Shown here one piece after another: positions 1 to 9,600 of a DNA stretch of 64,000 nucleotides. The stretch's first letter is position 1. Each line of letters opens with the position of its first letter. The position numbers and the translations under genes are program-made. Source of the DNA: Eledone cirrhosa (taxonomy: Eukaryota). The notes under the pieces were generated by a model. It was not told the origin of the DNA. It did no database searches and was given only the letters and a program-made list of their open reading frames with translations. The stretch covers positions 17,918,001 through 17,982,000 of the forward strand of contig OZ024749.1 in the NCBI GenBank assembly GCA_964016885.1. Reading direction: 5' to 3'.

Positions 1-19
1 CTCTCTCTCTCTCTCTCTC
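1..19. repeat. (CT)n microsatellite, truncated by the window start
   Basis: ctctctctctctctctctc is read directly and is followed by actccgtactc. Confidence 0.9.
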
Positions 20-744
20 ACTCCGTACTCGCACCAAATATAAATATAAACGAGGGACAAAACTCAGAATTTGTCAACTCTTATTAATGGTCAGTCCACT
101 TCTTCATCCATATATCTATAATCACCCACAATCCAAATCCTACTTCATAATTGCTATTCTATAATTCTGTCTCATTGTTCTAAATAATCTTCTCCTCGCC
201 GGTTCTAAATAATCTTCTCGCTACCATTTTGGCCGAAAATGTTTCCAGCATTCATAAAAATGGCTTCTCTCGGCCCTCTAAATCGCTATCAACCCCACTC
301 TCTCTATCATATACGTCCATCTCTCAATCTCTCTCTCTCTCTCACTCCCTACTCGCACCAAATATAAATATAAACGAGGGACAAAACTCAGAATTTGTCA
401 ACTCTTATTAATGGTCAGTCCACTTCTTCATCCATGTATCTATAATCGCCCACAATCCAAATCCTACTTCATAATTGCTATTCTATAATTCTGTCTCACT
501 GTTCTAAATAATCTTCTCCGCGCTCTTTCCAAATAATCTTCTCGCTACGATTTTGGCCGAAAATGTTTCCAGCATTCATAAAAATGGCTTCTTTCGGCCC
601 TCTAAATCGCTATCACCCCCACACTCTCTATCTTATACGTCCTTCTCTCAATCTCTCTCTCTCTCTCGCACCAAATATAAATAAGCCTGTTACGAAGGAC
701 AAAACTCAAAATTCGTCATCTCTTATTAATGGTCAGTCCAATTC

Positions 745-800
745 TACGAAATGTAATGTATAAATAACAGTTTCTTCTTGTCTCCCCACCCTTCGGTTCA
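745..800. repeat. Optional 56-bp module of satellite A (also at 2320-2375, 3024-3079, 3402-3457)
   Basis: tacgaaatgtaatgtataaataaca...cccttcggttca lies between gtcca(c/a)ttc and tt(c/t)atcc in 4 of 14 units and is absent from the others. Confidence 0.92.
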
Positions 801-1855
801 TTTATCCATATAACTATAATCTCCCAGAATCCAAATCCTACTTCATAATTGCGATTCTATAATTCTGTCTTACTGTTCTAAATAATCTTCTCCACGCTTG
901 TTCTAAATAATCTTCTCGCTACCATTTTGGCCGAAAATGTTTCCAGCATTCATAAAAATGGCTTCTCTCGGCCTTCTAAATCGCTATCACCCCCACTCTC
1001 TCTATCATATACGTCCCTCTCTCAATCTCTCTCTCTCACTCCCTACTCGAACCAAATATAAATAAGCCTATTACGAGGGACAAAACTCAGAATTTGTCAA
1101 CTCTTGTTAATGGTCAGTCCACTACTTCATCCATATATCAATAATCGACCACAATCCAAATCCTACTTCATAATTGCTATTCTATAATTCTGTCTCACTG
1201 TTCTAAATAATCTTCTCCACGTCCCTACTCGCACCAAATATAAATATAAACGAGGGACAAAACTTAGAATTTGTCAACTCTTATTAATGGTCAGTCCACT
1301 TCTTCATCCATATATCTATAATCGCCCACAATCCAAATCCTACTTCATAATTGCTATTCTATAATTCTGTCTCACTGTTCTAAATAATCTTCTCCACGCT
1401 TGTTCTAAATAATCTTCTCGCTACCATTTTGGCCGAAAATGTTTCCAGCATTCATAAAAATGGCTTCTCTCGGCCCTCTAAATCGCTATCACCCCCACTC
1501 TCTTTATCATATACGTCCCTCTTTGAATCTCTCTCTCTCTTTCTCTCTCTCACTCGCTACTCGCACCAAATATAAATAAGCCTGTTACGAGGGACAAAAC
1601 TCAGAATTTGTCAACTCTTACTAATGGTCAGTCCACTTCTTCATCCATATATCTATAATCGCCCACAATCCAAATCTTACTTCGTAATTGCTATTCTATA
1701 ATTCTGTCTCACTGTTCTAAATAATCTTCTCCACGCTTGTTCTAAATAATCTTCTCGCTACCATTTTGGCCGAAAATTTTTCCAGCTTTCATAAAAATAG
1801 CTTCTCTCGGCCCTCTAAATCGCTATCACCCCCACTCTCTCTATCATATGCGTCC

Positions 1856-1856
<1 letters not shown>

Positions 1857-1920
<64 letters not shown>
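1857..1920. repeat. Expanded (CT)n microsatellite within satellite A
   Basis: About 64 bp of near-perfect CT dinucleotide with two single-base phase interruptions. Confidence 0.95.
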
Positions 1921-3679
1921 ACTCCGTACTCGCACCAAATATAAATATAAACGAGGGACAAAACTCAGAATTTGTCAACTCTTATTAATGGTCAGTCCAC
2001 TTCTTCATCCATATATCTATAATCGCCCACAATCCAAATCCTACTTCATAATTGCTATTCTATAATTCTGTCTCACTGTTCTAAATAATCTTCTCCGCGC
2101 TCTTTCCAAATAATCTTCTCGCTACGATTTTGGCCGAAAATGTTTCCAGCATTCATAAAAATGGCTTCTTTCGGCCCTCTAAATCGCTATCACCCCCACT
2201 CTCTCTATCTTATACGTCCTTCTCTCAATCTCTCTCTCTCTCGCACCAAATATAAATAAGCCTGTTACGAGGGACAAAACTCAAAATTCGTCATCTCTTA
2301 TTAATGGTCAGTCCAATTCTACGAAATGTAATGTATAAATAACATTTTCTTCTTGTCTCCCCACCCTTCGGTTCATTCATCCATATAACTATAATCTCCC
2401 AGAATCCAAATCCTACTTCATAATTGCTATTCTATAATTCTGTCTTACTGTTCTAAATAACCTTCTCCACGCTTGTTCTAAATAATCTTCTCGCTACCAT
2501 TTTGGCCACAATTTTTGCAGCATTCATAAAAATGGCTTCTCTCGGCCCTCTAAATCGCGATCACCCCCACTCTCTCTATCATATACGTCCCTCTCTTAAT
2601 CTCTCTCTCTCACTCCCTACTCACACCAAATATAAATAAGCCTATTACGAGGGACAAAACTCAGAATTTGTCAACTCTTATTAATGGTCAGTCCACTTCT
2701 TCATCCATATATCTATTATCGCCCACAATCCAAATCCTACTTCATAATTGCTATTCTATAATTCTGTCTCATTGTTCTAAATAATCTTCTCCTCGCCGGC
2801 TCTAAATAATCTTCTCGCTACCATTTTGGCCGAAAATTTTTCCAGCATTCATAAAAATGGCTTCTCTCGGCCCTCTAAATCGCTATCAACCCCACTCTCT
2901 CTATCATATACGTCCATCTCTCAATCTCTCTCTCTCTCTCACTCCCTACTCGCACCAAATATAAATATAAACAAGAGACAAAACTCAGAATTTGTCATCT
3001 CTTATTAATGCTCAGTCCACTTCTACGAAATTTAATGTATAAATAACATATTCTTCTTGTCTCCTCACCCTTCGGTTCATTCATCCATATATCTATAATC
3101 TCCCCGAATCCAAATCCTACTTCATAATTGCTATTCCATAATTCTGTCTCACTGTTCTAAATAATCTTCTCCAAGCTTGTTCTAAATAATCTTCTCGCTA
3201 CCATTTAGGCCGAAAAATTTTCCAGCATTCATGAAAATGGCTTCTCTCGGCCCTCTAAATCGCTATCAACCCCACTCTCTCTATCATATACGTCCATCTC
3301 TCAATCTCTCTCTCTCTCACTCCCTACTCGCACCAAATATAAATATAAACGAAGGACAAAACTCAGAATTAGTCATCTCTTATTAATGCTCAGTCCACTT
3401 CTAAGAAATGTAATGTATAAATAACAATTTCTTCTTGGCTCCCCACACTTCGGTTCGTTTATCCATATAACTATAATCTCCCAGAATCCAAATCCTACTT
3501 CATAATTGCTATTCTATAATTCTGTCTCACTGTTCTAAATAATCTTCTCCACGCTTGTTCTAAATAATCTTCTCGCTACCATTTTGGCCGAAAGTTTTTC
3601 CAGCATTCATAAAAATGGCTTTTCTCGGCCCTCTAAATCGCTATCACCCCCTCTCTCACTGTCATATAGGTCCCTCTCT

Positions 3680-3682
<3 letters not shown>

Positions 3683-3737
<55 letters not shown>

Positions 3738-3744
3738 CTCTCTC
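3683..3744. repeat. Expanded (CT)n microsatellite within satellite A
   Basis: About 62 bp of CT dinucleotide with one G interruption. Confidence 0.95.
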
Positions 3745-5199
3745 ACTCCGTACTCGCACCAAATATAAATATAAACGAGGGACAAAACTCAGAATTTGTC
3801 AACTCTTATTAATGGGTCAGTCCACTTCTTCATCCATATATCTATAATCGCCCACAATCCAAATCCTACTTCATAATTGCTATTCTATAATTCTGTCTCA
3901 CTGTTCTAAATAATCTTCTGCACGTCCCTACTCGCACCAAATATAAATATAAACGAGGGACATAACTTAGAATTTGTCAACTCTTATTAATGGTCAGTCC
4001 ATTTCTCCATCCATATATCTATAATCGCCCACAATCCAAATCCTACTTCATAATTGCTATTCTATAATTCTGTCTTACTGTTCTAAATAACCTTCTCCAC
4101 GCTTGTTCTAAATAATCTTCTCGCTACCATTTTGGCCACAATTTTTTCAGCATTCATAAAAATGGCTTTTCTCGGCCCTCTAAATCGCGATCACCCCCAC
4201 TCTCTCTATCATATACGTCCCTCTCTTAATCTCTCTCTTTCTCTCACTCCCTACTCACACCAAATATAAATAAGCCTATTACGAGGGACAAAACTCAGAA
4301 TTTGTCAACTCTTATTAATGGTCAGTCCACTTCTTCATCCATATATCTATCATCGCCCACAATCCAAATCCTACTTCATAATTGCTATTCTATAATTCTG
4401 TCTCACTGTTCTAAATAATCTTCTCCACGCTTGTTCTAAATAATCTTCTCGCTACCATTTTGGCCGAACATGTTTCCAGCATTCATAAAAATGGATTCTC
4501 TCGGCCCTCTAAATCGCTATCACCCCCACTCTCTTCATCATATACGTCCCTCTTTGAATCTCTCTCTCTCTCTTTCTCTATCTCACTCGCTACTTGCACC
4601 AAATATAAATAAGCCTGTTACGAGGGACAAAACTCAGGATTTGATTTTTTTGAAATATTTACTTCTGATTTCAGAAACCTAAAATAATCGATTTTTCGAA
4701 AAACCTAAAATAATCTATTTTTTTATACTTTTCGAAATATTTAAAAAATTGATTTTTTTGAAATATTTACTTCTGATTTCAAAAACCTAAAATAATCTAT
4801 TTTTCGAAAAACCTAAAATAATCTATTTTTTTATACTTTTCGAAATATTTCAAAAATTGATTTTTTTGAAATATTTACTTCTGATTTCAAAAACCTAAAA
4901 TAATCTATTTTTCGAAAAACCTAAAATAATCTATTTTTTTATACTTTTCGAAATATTTCAAAAATTGATTTTTTTTGAAATATTTACTCCTGATTTCAAA
5001 AACCCAAAATAATCTATTTTTCGAAAAACCTAAAATAATCTATTTTTCGAAAAACCTAAAATAATCTATTTTTTTATACTTTTCAAATATTTCAAAAATT
5101 GATTTTTTTGAAATATTTACTTCTGATTTCAAAAACCTAAAATAATCTATTTTTCGAAAAACCTAAAATCTATTTTTTTATACTTTTCGAAATATTTCA

Positions 5200-6600
5200 A
5201 AAATTGATTTTTTTGAAATATTTACTTCTGATTTCAAAAACCTAAAATAATCTATTTTTCGAAAAACCTAAAATAATCTATTTTTTTAATACTTTTCGAA
5301 ATATTTCAAAAATTGATTTTTTTGAAATATTTACTTCTGATTTCAAAATCCTAAAATAATCTATTTTTTTATACTTTTCGAAATATTTTAAAAATTGATT
5401 TTTTTGAAATATTTACTTCTGATTTCAAAAATCTAAAATAATCAATTTTTCGAAAAACCTAAAATAATCTATTTTTTTATACTTTTCGAAATATTACAAA
5501 AATTGATTTTTTTGAAATATTTACTTCTGATTTCAAAAACCTAAAATAATCTATTTTTCGAAAAACCTAAAATAATCTATTTTTTTGTACTTTTCGAAAT
5601 ATTTCAAAAATTGATTTTTTTGAAATATTTACTTCTGATTTCAAAAACCTAAAATAATCTATTTTTCGAAAAACCTAAAATAATCTATTTTTTCATAATT
5701 TTCGAAATATTTCAAAAATTGATTTTTTTGAAATATTTACTTCTGATTTCAAAAACCTAAAATAATCTATTTTTTTATACTTCTCGAAATATTTCAAAAA
5801 TTGATTTTTTTGAAATATTTACTTCTGATTTCAAAAATCTAAAATAATCTATTTTTCGAAAAACCTAAAATAATCTATTTTTTTGTACTTTTCGAAATAT
5901 TTCAAAAATTGATTTTTTTGAAATATTTACTTCTGATTTCAAAAACCTAAAATAATCTATTTTTCGAAAAACCTAAAATAATCTATTTTTTCATAATTTT
6001 CGAAATATTTCAAAAATTGATTTTTTTGAAATATTTACTTCTGATTTCAAAAACCTAAAATAATCTATTTTTCGAAAAACCTAAAATAATCTATTTTTTT
6101 AATACTTTTCGAAATATTTCAAAAATTGATTTTTTTGAAATATTTACTTCTGATTTCAAAATCCTAAAATAATCTATTTTTTTATACTTTTCGAAATATT
6201 TTAAAAATTGATTTTTTTGAAATATTTACTTCTGATTTCAAAAATCTAAAATAATCAATTTTTCGAAAAACCTAAAATAATCTATTTTTTTATACTTTTC
6301 GAAATATTACAAAAATTGATTTTTTTGAAATATTTACTTCTGATTTCAAAAACCTAAAATAATCTATTTTTCGAAAAACCTAAAATAATCTATTTTTTTG
6401 TACTTTTCGAAATATTTCAAAAATTGATTTTTTTGAAATATTTACTTCTGATTTCAAAAACCTAAAATAATCTATTTTTCGAAAAACCTAAAATAATCTA
6501 TTTTTTCATAATTTTCGAAATATTTCAAAAATTGATTTTTTTGAAATATTTACTTCTGATTTCAAAAACCTAAAATAATCTATTTTTTTATACTTTTCGA
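5200..6600. repeat. Local higher-order duplication in satellite B, period 813 bp (boundaries approximate)
   Basis: The rare variants aaaatcc (5345/6158) and atcaattttt (5441/6254) are both offset by 813. Confidence 0.8.
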
Positions 6601-9600
6601 AATATTTCAAAAATTGATTTTTTTGAAATATTTACTTCTGATTTCAAAAACCTAAAATAATCTATTTTTCGAAAAACCTAAAATAATCTATTTTTTTATA
6701 CTTTTCGAAATATTTCAAAAATTGATTTTTTTGAAATATTTACTTCTGATTTTAAAAACCTAAAATAATCTATTTTTTTATACTTTTCGAAATATTTCAA
6801 AAATTGATTTTTTTTCAAATAATTACTTCTGATTCCAAAAATCTAAAATAATCTATTTTTCGAAAAACCTAAAATAATCTATTTTTTTATACTTTTCGAA
6901 ATATTTCAAAAATTGATTTTTTTGAAATATTTACTTCTGATTTCAAAAACCTAAAATAATCTATTTTTTTATACTTTTCAAAATATTTCAAAAATTGATT
7001 TTTTTTGAAATATTTACTTCTGATTTCAAAAACCTAAAATAATCTATTTTTCGAAAAACCTAAAATAATCTATTTTATTATACTTTTCGAAATATTTCAA
7101 AAATTGATTTTTTTTGAAATATTTACTTCTGATTTCAAAAATCGAAAATAATCTATTTTTCGAAAAACCTAAAATAATCTATTTTTTTATACTTTTCGAA
7201 ATATTTCAAAAATTGATTTTTTTGAAATATTTACTTCTGATTTCAAAAACCTCAAAATAATCTATTTTTTTATACTTTTCGAAATATTTCAAAAATTGAT
7301 TTTTTTTGAAATATTTACTTCTGATTTCAAAAACCTAAAATAATCTATTTTTCGAAAAACCTAAAATAATCTAGTTTTTTGTACTTTTCGAAATATTTCA
7401 AAAATTGATTTTTTTTGAAATATTTACTTCTGATTTCAAAAACCTAAAATAATCTATTTTTTTATACTTTTCGAAATATTTCAAAAATTGATTTTTTTTT
7501 AAATATTTACTTCTGATTCCAAAAATCTAAAATAATCTATTTTTCGAAAAACCTAAAATAATCTATTTTTCGAAAAACCTAAAATAATATATTTTTTTAT
7601 ACTTTTCAAAATATTTCAAAAATTGATTTTTTTGAAATATTTACTTCTGATTTCAAAAACCTAAAATAATCTATTTTTCGAAAAACCTAAAATAATATAT
7701 TTTTCGAAAAACCTAAAATAATCTATTTTTTAATACTTTTCGAAATATTTCAAAAATTGATTTTTTTGAAATATTTACTTCTGATTTCGAAAACGTAAAA
7801 TAATCTATTTTTCGAAAAACCTAAAATAATCTATTTTTTTATACTTTTCGAAATATTTCAAAAATTGATTTTTTTGAAATATTTACTTCTGATTTCAAAA
7901 ACCTAAAATAATCTATTTTTTTATACTTTTCGAAATATTTCTAAAATTGATTTTTTTGAAATATTTACTTCTGATTTCAAAAACCTAAAATAATCTATTT
8001 TTCGAAAAACCTAAAATAATATATTTTTTTATACTTTTCAAAATATTTCAAAAATTGATTTTTTTGAAATATTTACTTCTGATTTTAAAAACCTAAAATA
8101 ATCTATTTTTTTATACTTTTCGAAATATTTCAAAAATTGATTTTTTTTCAAATATTTACTTCTGATTCCAAAAATCTAAAATAATCTATTTTTCGAAAAA
8201 CCTAAAATAATCTATTTTTCGAAAAACCTAAAATAATCTATTTTTTTTATACTTTTCGAAATATTTCAAAAATTGATTTTTTTTGAAATATTTACTTCTG
8301 ATTTCGAAAACGTAAAATAATCTATTTTTCGAAAAACCTAAAATAATCTATTTTTTTATACTTTTCGAAATATTTCAAAAATTGATTTTTTTGAAATATT
8401 TACTTCTGATTTCAAAAACCTAAAATAATCTATTTTTTTATACTTTTCGAAATATTTCAAAAATTGATTTTTTTTTTAAATATTTACTTCTGATTCCAAA
8501 AATCTAAAATAATCTATTTTTCGAAAAACCTAAAATAATCTATTTTTTTGTACTTTTCGAAATATTTCAAAAATTGATTTTTTTTGAAATATTTACTTCT
8601 GATTTCAAAAACCTAAAATAATCTATTTTTCGAAAAACCTAAAATAATCTATTTTTTTGTACTTTTCGAAATATTTCAAAAATTGATTTTTTTTGAAATA
8701 TTTACTTCTGATTTCAAAAACCTCAAAATAATCTATTTTTTTATACTTTTCGAAATATTTCAAAAATTGATTTTTTTTTAAATATTTACTTCTGATTCCA
8801 AAAATCTATTTTTCGAAAAACCTAAAATAATCTATTTTTTCGACATATTTCAAAAATTGATTTTTTTGAAATATTTACTTCTAATTTCAAAAACCTAAAA
8901 TAATGTATTTTTTTTATACTTTTCGAAATATTTCAAAAATTGATTTTTTTGAAATATTTACTTCTGTTTAAAAATTGATTTTTTTGAAATATTTACTTCT
9001 GATTTCAAAAACCTAAAATAATCTATTTTTTTATACTTTTCGAAATATTTCAAAAATTGATTTTTTTTGAAATATTTACTTCTAATTTCAAAAACCTAAA
9101 ATAATCTATTTTTCGAAAAACCTAAAATAATCTATTTTTCGAAAAACCTAAAATAATATATTTTTTTATACTTTTCAAAATATTTCAAAAATTGATTTTT
9201 TTGAAATATTTACTTCTGATTTCAAAAACCTAAAATAATCTATTTTTCGAAAAACCTAAAATAATATATTTTTCGAAAAACCTAAAATAATCTATTTTTT
9301 AATACTTTTCGAAATATTTCAAAAATTGATTTTTTTGAAATATTTACTTCTGATTTCGAAAACGTAAAATAATCTATTTTTCGAAAAACCTAAAATAATC
9401 TATTTTTTTATACTTTTCGAAATATTTCAAAAATTGATTTTTTTGAAATATTTACTTCTGATTTCAAAAACCTAAATTAATCTATTTTTCGAAAAACCTA
9501 AAATAATCTATTTTTTTATACTTTTCGAAATATTTCAAAAATTGATTTTTTGAAATATTTACTTCTGATTTGAAAAACCTAAAATATTCTTATTTTTTTA

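Larger units (their letters stand above)
1..4640. repeat. Satellite A: tandem array of a ~310-330 bp composite monomer containing a (CT)n tract (units 178-426 bp; continues off the left edge)
   Basis: The anchor (g/a)caccaaatataaat (gaacc variant at 1049) recurs at 31, 355, 668, 1049, 1231, 1563, 1932, 2243, 2623, 2952, 3330, 3756, 3934, 4257 and 4596. This gives unit lengths of 324, 313, 381, 182, 332, 369, 311, 380, 329, 378, 426, 178, 323 and 339 bp. All units are head-to-tail, and the + strand is pyrimidine-rich and G-poor. Confidence 0.97.

Noticed and set aside
1-4640. Hammerhead ribozyme or retrozyme in the ~320-bp tandem unit
   Set aside because: I saw no CTGANGA core on either strand; the minus strand gives only ctgagtt and ctgacc.
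1-4640. Helitron, MITE or SINE call for satellite A
   Set aside because: No terminal inverted repeats, target-site duplications, CTRR end with hairpin, Pol III A/B boxes or poly(A) tail could be identified. It is kept only as a hypothesis.
229-4682. Short ORFs in satellite A (60-99 aa, SLSLSL-rich)
   Set aside because: They are translations through (CT)n tracts, several starting at TTG. The frame changes with tract length between copies and no domain is recognisable.
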